From assembly GCA_964568625.1 (NCBI GenBank), contig CAZMQG010000002.1:9237-73236 (forward strand): a stretch of DNA of 64,000 bases, written 5' to 3'. A program made the translations under genes and the position numbers. Positions 9,287-18,381 of this stretch are shown in pieces (the first letter of the stretch is position 1; each line of letters starts with the position of its first letter). The stretch is from an uncultured Pseudomonadota bacterium. GTDB taxonomy: Bacteria; Babelota; Babeliae; Babelales; RVW-14. The notes beneath the pieces were generated by a model that saw nothing but the letters and a program-made list of their open reading frames with translations, was not told the origin of the DNA and ran no database searches.

Positions 9287-10627
9287 CTAGTTTTTGGGGT
9301 TTTTTAATTTATCAATGGTTTCTTTTTCTAGTATTTGAATTTCCAAATCAATTTTGTTTTTGTTTTCCTGCTCATTTTTGAAAATTGACTGTTCTTTAAC
9401 TTTTGAGTCACACACTTGCTCAGTTAATTCTATTTTATTCTGACATTCTTTTTTTTGAGTGCCTAACTCTGAAATTAATTTTTTCATGTCAGTTGTTATT
9501 TTTTGATTTTCATCAACTTTATTTAATAATTCTTTGTTTGTAACTTGAAGTTCAAACATCTGGCGGCCAAGCATTTCGGTTTTCTCCCTGAATTGTACTT
9601 TTGCCAGTTGCAGTTCTGGGAATTCACTGGCTTTTTTACCACTTATTTCTTCGATTATATTAATGGTAAGAGCCCTTATGTCGTTATCAGAAATGGATTT
9701 TTGTTTTTGTATGGAATTAATTTCGTAAAGAAATTTCAACCGAATTTGTTTTTTTTGTGCAGCATTTAGCTCTAAATTTTCAATGATGGCGTCAGATTTT
9801 TTAATTGCTGTTGTGATAGAATCTAATTGAGTATTTTTGTTTATAATTTGGTTGTAATTTGGGTCGGATAAGTATTTTGATGAACGGAGTGTCTTGTCAA
9901 ACCATATTTTTTGTTTTTCAAACTTATTCATAAAATCACTTACCTGATTTGGATCTTCTGCGTCTAGAATTATTTTTTGTAAGAATGTCGTATTTGTATT
10001 GAATTCTTTTTCAGCTGAAATTTTTGCGTTTTCGGGGATGGGGTCAAAATTTATCGAATATTTTTCTAAATTATGCATTTCAACAGGGAGGATTTGGTCT
10101 ACTGATTTTTGCAGATTGGCCAAAGTCATTTGCTCGCGTTGAGCTTTGCGAATTTTAAGGGCTTCTTCGTCAGCCTTATCGATTATTTCAAGAATCTTCA
10201 GTGTGGCATCTTTTTTGAAATTTAATATATCTGTTTTTATTTTATCATTAATTATATTTAGTTCCTGTTTTGCTTCTTTCGTTAGATCTTGAGTCTCTTG
10301 AGTAGCGGATTTTTTAATCGAGGTAGTTTCATTGTAGGCTTTTTGGCATATGGTTTCGATATTGTGTTCAAGTTTTTTATTTATTTGAGAGACCTCTTCT
10401 GTTGTTTCTTCTTGTAATTTTTTTACTCTTAAGTCTGTTTGAGCTTCCAAGTTCTCGGCCTTTTGTTCTGCTTTTTGTAAAAGATCAACTATTTCTGTGC
10501 TTTGATTTTGTTTTAGATCAGTTAAAATTTGTTTGAACATATTGGATTTGGTGGCGTTTAAAGTATTCATCGATGGATAGCTAATGATAGCTATTAAAAA
10601 TAATAAGAATAATCTAATATTTGCCAT
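9287..10627 (-). CDS. Exported coiled-coil protein with 11-residue repeats
   Basis: 446 aa, N-terminal hydrophobic signal, ten consecutive 11-mers at aa 52-161, heptad-like C-terminus. Confidence 0.7.
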   Translation of the reverse strand: MANIRLFLLFLIAIISYPSMNTLNATKSNMFKQILTDLKQNQSTEIVDLLQKAEQKAENLEAQTDLRVKKLQEETTEEVSQINKKLEHNIETICQKAYNETTSIKKSATQETQDLTKEAKQELNIINDKIKTDILNFKKDATLKILEIIDKADEEALKIRKAQREQMTLANLQKSVDQILPVEMHNLEKYSINFDPIPENAKISAEKEFNTNTTFLQKIILDAEDPNQVSDFMNKFEKQKIWFDKTLRSSKYLSDPNYNQIINKNTQLDSITTAIKKSDAIIENLELNAAQKKQIRLKFLYEINSIQKQKSISDNDIRALTINIIEEISGKKASEFPELQLAKVQFREKTEMLGRQMFELQVTNKELLNKVDENQKITTDMKKLISELGTQKKECQNKIELTEQVCDSKVKEQSIFKNEQENKNKIDLEIQILEKETIDKLKNPKN

Positions 10628-10815
10628 TTACGTCCCCTCTTATCTAGTTTCCCCCGATTTTAAAATCTATTCTTCTAAGAATATTCTAGAGAATTGGGAA
10701 CACTTATTTCAATAAATTTCAATAAAACGTAGCTTTTTTTTACTGACAGGGTATCATAGAAACCTACAGCACCTCTTTTTTATCAATTGATCAATCGGTC
10801 GTGCAGGAGACGTGA

Positions 10816-13308
10816 ATGATAGTTAAAAGTAAAAAAATATTAACTTTGGTTTTCTCGATATCAAGCCTATTTTTTTTGGCTTCAAATTTTGTTTCACTAA
10901 ACGCTGAATCAGAGCAAGGTGTACAAGGCAATCTGTCTGATTCTGACGATTTAAATTCTGACAATTTGGCAGATTTGAACTCTGAGGAAAAAAAGCCGAA
11001 CAAGGTAATTAATCAAATTATTGTTAAGGGGAATAAAAACGTTGGAACCCCTGTTATTTTAAATAGAATTCCATATAAAGTTGGAGATGTTTTTGATCAG
11101 GGCAAAAGTGCTGACGCAATCAATAATTTGTGTGATCTGGGCTATTTTAGGCAAGTACAGCTTGAAGGTGAAAATGTTTCCCCGGAATCAATGAATTTGA
11201 TTGTTATTGTAGAAGAGAAAAAATTGATTGAAAAAGTGGAGTTTAATGGGAATAAGGTTGTTACAACTAAAAAGTTAAGAGAGACCTTAAATGTTGATAA
11301 AATCAACACTATTGATGAAATATCAGCTCAAAAATTGATCAAAGAGATAAAAAAGGCTTATAAAGAGGAAAATAGGCATAAGCTTAATATAGATTTTGAT
11401 CTTCTTCCAAGTAAAGACAATGCGGATAAAGTTATCTTGTTGTTTAAGATTAATGAAGGTCCAAAGTCCTTAGTCAAAAGAGTGTATTTTTCCGGAAATA
11501 AAAATATTCCTGATCGTAAATTGCGAAAAGTTGTTTTTACGAGAGAAGATTGGTTGCTTAGCTTTTCTGATGGGGCAGGGACTTATGACGAAGAGGCTGT
11601 GGAAATAGATAAGCATCGTATTGAATACTTTTATCGTGACAATGGATATTTGCAAGCAAAGGTCTATAAAAGTAAAATTGATTTTTCTAGAAATGAAAAA
11701 GATGTTACCGTAATTTTTTATATTAAAGAAGGCTCTCAGTTTATCGTTCGGGATATTCGAGCTCCCGGAGATGAAATTTATGGAGAAAGTGAGCTTATGC
11801 CATTGATTAGCCTTGAATCAGGTAAACCCTTTTCGCAGGCAAAGCTTGTCGAGTCTATTAACTTAATTCGAGAATTGTGGGGGAAAAAAGGATATATCTA
11901 TGCTGATGTTTATCCTCAGATAAAGCCCGATGAAGAAAATAATGTTGTTGATGTAACTTTTAATGTTGAGCGTGGCAATAGGATGTATGTCAATAAGATT
12001 GATATTACCGGTAACAAGTACACTCATGATAAAGTTATTCGTCGTCAACTGGATGTTTATGAGGGTGATCTTATAACAAGTAAAAATATGCGTAGATCGA
12101 AGAATCAGGTAGAATATCTTGGTTACTTTGAGCGGGGTGGAGTGGATTGGAAAATTCACCGCATCACAGATGATTTGGCTGATCTTGAGATGATTGTTCA
12201 GGAAGCCAAAACTGGAAATGCAAATGTAGCATTGAGTTATGGTAGTGATAAAATAACACCACAACCGTCGCTTCACGGATCCGTAAATGTTCAAAAAAAT
12301 AATTTATTTGGACTTGGATATAATACAAGTGCCATGGTTCAGGCAAGCAGGCATCATTTACAAAGGTTAGAGGGAAGCTTTGAAGATTCCCATATTTTTG
12401 ATACCAATATTTACGGGTTTGTAAATCCATACTGGCATTGGATGGAATATAGCCAGTGGGGAAGGTCTGTTGATCGCAGTCCAATACAAAAAATTGCCGG
12501 TTTTGATTTACGGCTTGGTTTTCCTTTGACCAGTATTGATAAGCGGTTGCAGGTGGTTGTTGACATGGGGTATGAACATATTAGAAATAATAATCCAAAA
12601 GCTCTTAATGATAGGGTTCGCCCAATTGTTGACAGAACATTTCAAGCTGGTGATTTAACTTGGATTGGACTTGATTTTATTAAGGATACTCGTAACCATA
12701 AAGTTTATCCAAGTGATGGTTATAAGATTATTTTATCTACAAGACTTGCTCCAACAAAAATTAATAACAATTTTGGTTTTTTCAAAGCTGAATTGGATGC
12801 CAGTTGGTATTATGCTTTAATCGGACAAGATTCGCTTGTTCTTGCAATGCGTGCCAGGGGCGGTCGAGTTAGTGATTTAAGTAATAAAACCATCCCATAT
12901 AAAGAACTTTATCAAATGGGTGGGCAGGATACGGTCAGAGGTTTTTTATGGGGTGGCGTTGGTCCTGCTTGGAAACCTAGCGATGCGCCACTTGGTGCAA
13001 GAAATGCCGTTTTATTTGGAACAGAGTTAATATTCCCACTGATTGCAGATTATTCAATGAAGGGACATGTTTTCTACGATGCAGGTTGTGGATGGAGTAC
13101 CCCGCCAATTACACTTAAAGATGATGTGTATAATATTAACGATTATATAGTACGAAATAAATTTGATTTACGACATTCTATTGGATTTGGTGTAAATTTG
13201 GTTAATCCGTTCCCCGCCAAAATCGATTGGGGTTTCAAGCTTGATCGTAAAAAGAACATGGGCGAATCTCCTTACGAATTCCATCTGAGTATGAATTACG
13301 CCTGGTAG
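10816..13308 (+). CDS. bamA: Outer membrane protein assembly factor BamA
   Basis: Multiple POTRA repeats (GNKNV, GNKVV, GNKNI, GNKYT), GGQDTVRGF motif, C-terminal MNYAW. Confidence 0.95.
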   Translation: MIVKSKKILTLVFSISSLFFLASNFVSLNAESEQGVQGNLSDSDDLNSDNLADLNSEEKKPNKVINQIIVKGNKNVGTPVILNRIPYKVGDVFDQGKSADAINNLCDLGYFRQVQLEGENVSPESMNLIVIVEEKKLIEKVEFNGNKVVTTKKLRETLNVDKINTIDEISAQKLIKEIKKAYKEENRHKLNIDFDLLPSKDNADKVILLFKINEGPKSLVKRVYFSGNKNIPDRKLRKVVFTREDWLLSFSDGAGTYDEEAVEIDKHRIEYFYRDNGYLQAKVYKSKIDFSRNEKDVTVIFYIKEGSQFIVRDIRAPGDEIYGESELMPLISLESGKPFSQAKLVESINLIRELWGKKGYIYADVYPQIKPDEENNVVDVTFNVERGNRMYVNKIDITGNKYTHDKVIRRQLDVYEGDLITSKNMRRSKNQVEYLGYFERGGVDWKIHRITDDLADLEMIVQEAKTGNANVALSYGSDKITPQPSLHGSVNVQKNNLFGLGYNTSAMVQASRHHLQRLEGSFEDSHIFDTNIYGFVNPYWHWMEYSQWGRSVDRSPIQKIAGFDLRLGFPLTSIDKRLQVVVDMGYEHIRNNNPKALNDRVRPIVDRTFQAGDLTWIGLDFIKDTRNHKVYPSDGYKIILSTRLAPTKINNNFGFFKAELDASWYYALIGQDSLVLAMRARGGRVSDLSNKTIPYKELYQMGGQDTVRGFLWGGVGPAWKPSDAPLGARNAVLFGTELIFPLIADYSMKGHVFYDAGCGWSTPPITLKDDVYNINDYIVRNKFDLRHSIGFGVNLVNPFPAKIDWGFKLDRKKNMGESPYEFHLSMNYAW

Positions 13309-13393
13309 AGTTAGCTTTTGCATCAGATGATCTTACGAAAATTATGATTTGGCAAAACTTGTAGTTTTACATAGATTTCTGGGAGATTAGTCA

Positions 13394-14221
13394 GTGATGC
13401 TCAATTTTTTTTATAAAAATTTCATGGGAAGACTTATACGTCTTCCCATGACTTATGTATGGTTTTCTCAATTTGGTGGTGCATTTGCAGATTCAAGCAT
13501 AAGTCGATATTTTATTAAATCATTTATTAAACGTAACAAAATAGACATGTCTGATTATATTGTTCCTGAAGGTGGGTATAAAACTTTTAATGAATTTTTT
13601 TATCGCAAATTAAAACCAAATAGAAGAATCATCGATTCAGATTCAAATTCAATTATCTCTCCTGCTGACAGCAAACTTTTAGTAATTCCGGAGATAAATA
13701 TTCAAACGTATTTTTTTGTTAAAGCTTGCAAGTTTGATCTTGAAAGTTTTTTGCAAGATCAAGATTTGGCAAATGAATTTTCTGGGGGAACCCTTTTTCT
13801 TTTTAGGCTTGCTCCCGAAAATTATCATCGTTTTCATTTTCCATTTGATTGTGTTGCAAGTTTGCCACATAGAATTAAGGGTAAGTTTGAATCGGTAAAT
13901 CCGGTAGTTTATAAATCAGGCATTCAGCCATTGACTGAAAACGAACGTCATTTGATTGTTTTAGATTCGGAAAAATTTGGCAAAGTTCTTTTTGTTCCGG
14001 TTGGGGCAATGCTTGTTGGCAAGGTTGTTGAAACTTACGATCCGAAAAAATTTAATAAAAAAGGCGATGAAGTTGGATTCTTTGCATTTGGAGGTTCAAG
14101 CATTGTTATGGTATTCAAAAAAGGTGCAGTGATTCCTGATGAAACTTTTATCCAAAATTCTTTACATGATAGAGAGTCTGCAGTTAGGATGGGACATAAA
14201 ATAAATAAGTTTATTGATTAA
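13394..14221 (+). CDS. psd: Phosphatidylserine decarboxylase proenzyme
   Basis: FNEFFYRKLK, ISPADSK, RLAPENYHRFHFP, FGGSSIV autocleavage motif. Confidence 0.93.
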   Translation: MMLNFFYKNFMGRLIRLPMTYVWFSQFGGAFADSSISRYFIKSFIKRNKIDMSDYIVPEGGYKTFNEFFYRKLKPNRRIIDSDSNSIISPADSKLLVIPEINIQTYFFVKACKFDLESFLQDQDLANEFSGGTLFLFRLAPENYHRFHFPFDCVASLPHRIKGKFESVNPVVYKSGIQPLTENERHLIVLDSEKFGKVLFVPVGAMLVGKVVETYDPKKFNKKGDEVGFFAFGGSSIVMVFKKGAVIPDETFIQNSLHDRESAVRMGHKINKFID

Positions 14222-14271
14222 AATCGTGATTTATGTCTAAAGTTTAAATTATTAAAATTGGGGTAGTGGTT

Positions 14272-14946
14272 ATGTCCAAATTTATAGAAATTTATCCTTC
14301 GCTGATGTGTGCGGATTTATTAAATCTGGCAAAAGTTCTTTTCGATTTGGATGATTACTGTGATGGTTATCACATTGACGTTATGGATGATCACTTTGTT
14401 CCAAATTTGACTATGGGCCCAGATTTTGTGAATGCGATTGCTGCAGCAACACAAAAGCCAATTCAAGTTCATTTGATGGTTGATAATCCAAAATCTTGGG
14501 TTAATAGGTTGAAGCTCAGTAAAAAAGATACTTTTATATTTCATTATGAAGCCTTTGAATGCTTTAGCTCCATGAAAGAGCTGGTTGTTAAGGTCAAAGA
14601 AAAAGGATGGAAAGTTGGTATGGCTTTTAATCCACAGACAAACATATCTTTGGTTGAGCAATATATTAGTGTTTTTGACAAAATTCTTATGATGGCGGTT
14701 AATCCTGGGTTTGCGGGACAAAAATTTATGCCTGAAGTTATAGAAAATGTAAAAAACATCATTACTTGTAAAAAAACTCAAAATGCAAATTTTAAGATTT
14801 ACATGGATGGTGGAATTGGCAAAGATAACATAAAAATGGTTGCCCAGCTTGGAGTAGACGCTGTTGCGGTAGGATCGGCTATTTTTTCTGAAAAAAATCC
14901 GGTCCAAGCGTTAAAAGAACTTTACGAAATCGCAAAACCTACTTAA
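14272..14946 (+). CDS. rpe: Ribulose-phosphate 3-epimerase
   Basis: IYPSLMCAD, HIDVMDDHFVPN, VHLMV, MAVNPGFAGQKF, DGGI motifs. Confidence 0.95.
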   Translation: MSKFIEIYPSLMCADLLNLAKVLFDLDDYCDGYHIDVMDDHFVPNLTMGPDFVNAIAAATQKPIQVHLMVDNPKSWVNRLKLSKKDTFIFHYEAFECFSSMKELVVKVKEKGWKVGMAFNPQTNISLVEQYISVFDKILMMAVNPGFAGQKFMPEVIENVKNIITCKKTQNANFKIYMDGGIGKDNIKMVAQLGVDAVAVGSAIFSEKNPVQALKELYEIAKPT

Positions 14947-15010
14947 ATTGATAGATTAGGTTTTTAAGTTTTAAAATACATTTATTTTTTCAAGATTGGG
15001 AAGGCGTTAG

Positions 15011-17515
15011 ATGCAAGTTGTAAACACGGCAGCTAAGCTTAAAGTTGGCGTATTATTTGGTGGAAAATCAATTGAACGAGAAGTATCATTAAATTCCGGG
15101 CGAACAATTTGTGACCACCTTGATACTGATAAATACGAAGTTATTCCTTTGTTTCAAGATGAAGATGGGACATTGTATAATCTTCCATGGCATTTTTTAC
15201 ATCGTGGTAAGATTTCCGATTTTCAATCAAGATTGGCAAAAGAGGCTCAAAAAATTACCTGGGATGATCTAAGAAATTTGGTTGATTTTGTTTATTTGGC
15301 AGTTCATGGGCGGTTTGCTGAAGACGGAACCATTCAAGGTATGCTTGAAATTTTGCATATTCCATATTTGGGTAGCAAAATATTTGGAAGTGCTCTTGGA
15401 ATGAACAAATTAGTTCAAAAAGAGATTTTTAGTACCAATGGAATTGATGTTGCTGCCGGAATTACTATTCATAAATCTGAAGTTGATTCTTTAAATGTTG
15501 ATGATGTTCTACTTCGTCTCGAAAAAGCCGGAACAAAATTGCCATGCATTGTAAAGCCAATTCACGAGGGATCCAGTCTTGGCGTGTCAAAAGTTTTAAC
15601 AGAAGATGAGCTTATTCCAGCAATAAAAAAAGCTGCTTATGTTGATGCTCGCAGAGTTCAAGATGTCATTGTCGAAGAAAAAATTGAAGGCATGGAATTT
15701 GTTTGTGTATCATTGCAGAAAGCTGTTAAAAAAGATGGGAAGATAGAAGCGGAATGGTTTACATTTCCCATAACGGAAGTTGTACCAGAAGGACAGAGTA
15801 TTTATGATTATGAACAAAAATATATGCCTGGCCGTGCAACAAAAATTACTCCGGCTCGTTGTTCAGATCAGGATTTGCAGAAAATTTCGCAAACTTGTAT
15901 AAAGGCATCAATTCTTTTGAATTTCGCAACAATTTCACGAATTGATGGTTTTTTGACAAAAGATGGAAGAGTCATTTTAATTGATCCGAATACTTTGACG
16001 GGAATGTCGCCTGCAACGTTTTTATTCCACCAGGCCGCAGAGTATGGAATGAGTCACACCCAACTTATAAATTATTTGATCGAAACTGAATTAAAGTTAG
16101 CAGGAATGCTTGAATTTTCAGGTGAAGATAACGGAGGCAAGGGAGCTTTTGTGGAAACTAATAAACATGATGAAAAAAAGTTACGAGTAGCGGTGTTGTT
16201 AGGTGGTGCCACAAACGAACGTGAAATTTCGCTTGAATCCGGAAGAAATATTTGCTATAAACTTTCTCCTCAAAAGTATGAATGTATTCCACTTTTTGTT
16301 ACCAATTCACATGAGCTTTATAAATTAGATCAACGTTTATTGATCAAAAATTCGACAAGAGAAATATCAAATATGCTTGATAAGGAGCAGAATGTTTCTT
16401 GGTCAGCATTGCCTGATATTTGCGATTTTGTCTTTATTGGGTTGCATGGTGGACTTGGCGAGGGTGGAGGCGTTCAGGGTGCTCTTGAAATGTTGGGCAT
16501 TCCCTACAATGGATCAGGTGTTTTACCCAGTGCTCTATGTATGGACAAATTTAAGACAAATAATTTTTTACGAGGGCATGGCTTTGATGTACCCGATTCT
16601 TTTTTGGTTACACTTCAAGATTGGAATAAAAAATCCATCAAAGAAAGAGACGAATTTATTGATGCAAATTTAAAAGATTATAACTATCCACTTATTCTAA
16701 AACCTCATGATGACGGTTGCAGTGTGTTTGTTAAAAAAGTTAAGAACCGTGTTGAGTTAATTGATTTGATTGATCAATATTTTGCTCAATCTGGGAAGTC
16801 TGTTGCGATGTTTGAAGAGTTGATAATTGGTACTGAGTTGACATGCGGTGTGATAGGAAACGATGAAAATGTCAGGGCTTTAGTTCCATCTAACACTGTT
16901 GCTAAAAATGATATTCTTTCAATTGAAGAGAAGTTTTTGCCAGGAGAGGGAGAAAATCAAACCCCTGCAAATCTTCCAACTGATACTCTTGAATTTGTTA
17001 AAAAGGTAATGGTTGATGCTTATAAGTCTGTAGGTTGTGCCGGATATGCTAGAATTGACTGTTTTTATCAAGATGCAAATCAGAGTAAAACAGGTAAACC
17101 TCGTGTGGTAATTTTAGAATTTAACACATTACCCGGTATGACTCCTGCTACTTGTATTTTCCATCAAGCGGCAGAATGTGGAATTAGGCCAATGAATTTT
17201 ATTGATAAAATAATTGAACTTGGTTTTGCTAATCATGCTGAAAAATTGAACGTGACGCGTATAAAAAATAATGAACAAGAACAACAGGCACCGGAGCTAG
17301 TACTAGAGCCTGTCGTTCTTGGGGAATTAAATTCTGAATCTGTAGGGGCTGCTGTAAAAAAAGATGAACAATCAATGAGTCTTGATCATTCCCAAGAAAA
17401 ACATCATCGAAAAAAGTCCAAATCGAGCAAGAGTGTGAATTTTGATTCTGCTGAGCAGTCTGATTCGCCTCAATCTCAGGATATTGATGATAAGATTACA
17501 ATGAACTTATTTTAA
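15011..17515 (+). CDS. ddl: D-alanine--D-alanine ligase with two tandem ATP-grasp Ddl domains
   Basis: Two complete motif sets: GGKSIEREVSLNSG/HGRFAEDG/KPIHEGSS/RIDG and GGATNEREISLESG/HGGLGEGG/KPHDDGCS/RIDC/EFNTLPGM; charged low-complexity tail. Confidence 0.88.
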   Translation: MQVVNTAAKLKVGVLFGGKSIEREVSLNSGRTICDHLDTDKYEVIPLFQDEDGTLYNLPWHFLHRGKISDFQSRLAKEAQKITWDDLRNLVDFVYLAVHGRFAEDGTIQGMLEILHIPYLGSKIFGSALGMNKLVQKEIFSTNGIDVAAGITIHKSEVDSLNVDDVLLRLEKAGTKLPCIVKPIHEGSSLGVSKVLTEDELIPAIKKAAYVDARRVQDVIVEEKIEGMEFVCVSLQKAVKKDGKIEAEWFTFPITEVVPEGQSIYDYEQKYMPGRATKITPARCSDQDLQKISQTCIKASILLNFATISRIDGFLTKDGRVILIDPNTLTGMSPATFLFHQAAEYGMSHTQLINYLIETELKLAGMLEFSGEDNGGKGAFVETNKHDEKKLRVAVLLGGATNEREISLESGRNICYKLSPQKYECIPLFVTNSHELYKLDQRLLIKNSTREISNMLDKEQNVSWSALPDICDFVFIGLHGGLGEGGGVQGALEMLGIPYNGSGVLPSALCMDKFKTNNFLRGHGFDVPDSFLVTLQDWNKKSIKERDEFIDANLKDYNYPLILKPHDDGCSVFVKKVKNRVELIDLIDQYFAQSGKSVAMFEELIIGTELTCGVIGNDENVRALVPSNTVAKNDILSIEEKFLPGEGENQTPANLPTDTLEFVKKVMVDAYKSVGCAGYARIDCFYQDANQSKTGKPRVVILEFNTLPGMTPATCIFHQAAECGIRPMNFIDKIIELGFANHAEKLNVTRIKNNEQEQQAPELVLEPVVLGELNSESVGAAVKKDEQSMSLDHSQEKHHRKKSKSSKSVNFDSAEQSDSPQSQDIDDKITMNLF

Positions 17516-17593
17516 AATTCTTGTGTTTTTGAAATAAAAATTGCTACCTTACTGCTAAAGTTTTAAAAACTATTAGGAGAAAGGAGTTTTGGA

Positions 17594-18244
17594 ATGAATT
17601 ATATTTCTAATTTGCTTAAGCTATTATCACTTTGTATTTGTCTTGCAATTTTTTCGGCAATGGATATGCGAGGTCCGGGTGCTTCAGGTGGAGTTTCATC
17701 TGCTGATTTAGAAGATTTGAAATTTGTGCCATTGCAAGAAGGTCAGGGAATGTTTGAAGCAAAAATATTGGGGGAGCTTGATGTGCAAGGAAATCCCAAA
17801 ATTGCTTACGATGTTAAAGAAATATCATTTGGTGGAACAACCAAACTTGGTGGCATAAAAAGTGAAGATGATTTTTCGGTTACGGATTTGGATATAGCAA
17901 AAATTAAAGATATTAGTGTTGTTAATGCTGCTTTTCAAAGCAAAAGATATAAGGTAAATAATGTGTCGGAAGTATTTGTTTTGGCAAAAGTGACATTTGA
18001 TACAGGTGCAATACTTGAAAATGTTTTAATTCCTAAAAATGTTCAGGTAAGTGCCATTGAATTTAATACAGGTGCTGGGAAAGCGTGGAAGCTCTCAAAT
18101 TTAAGTAAGATTGAGTTTAAAAAATCCATGGCTGCGCAAAATGCTGTAAATGAAGTGAATCATGCGTTTAAAAAAAGTGTAGAAAAAACTGCAGAAGTTA
18201 AAAAAACGCCGGGGCACAAAGTTGTAAAAACGATTAAATATTAA
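17594..18244 (+). CDS. Secreted hypothetical protein
   Basis: AAGGAG RBS, signal peptide ending IFSA, beta-rich body. Confidence 0.65.
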   Translation: MNYISNLLKLLSLCICLAIFSAMDMRGPGASGGVSSADLEDLKFVPLQEGQGMFEAKILGELDVQGNPKIAYDVKEISFGGTTKLGGIKSEDDFSVTDLDIAKIKDISVVNAAFQSKRYKVNNVSEVFVLAKVTFDTGAILENVLIPKNVQVSAIEFNTGAGKAWKLSNLSKIEFKKSMAAQNAVNEVNHAFKKSVEKTAEVKKTPGHKVVKTIKY

Positions 18245-18381
18245 AGAATTTTTCAAAAAAAGAACTCCCATATAAAAATATAAATTTTGGTATATAATCC
18301 TTCGAATTAGAGTTGCAAAGGATGATACCCATGGGCGAAAAATGTCCAAAATATTAATTACGATTTCAGAAAGTAATTAAC

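Noticed and set aside
10655-10705. Palindromes gattttaaaatc and tctaagaatattctaga upstream of bamA as operators
   Set aside because: Almost entirely A/T in an AT-rich genome, with no second copy noticed
14320-14907. 195-aa antisense ORF over rpe, and similar shadow ORFs (e.g. 3033-3389, 11863-12294, 44183-44788, 52486-52950)
   Set aside because: They fully overlap well-supported genes and have no recognisable motifs; they are expected by-products of codon bias and repeats
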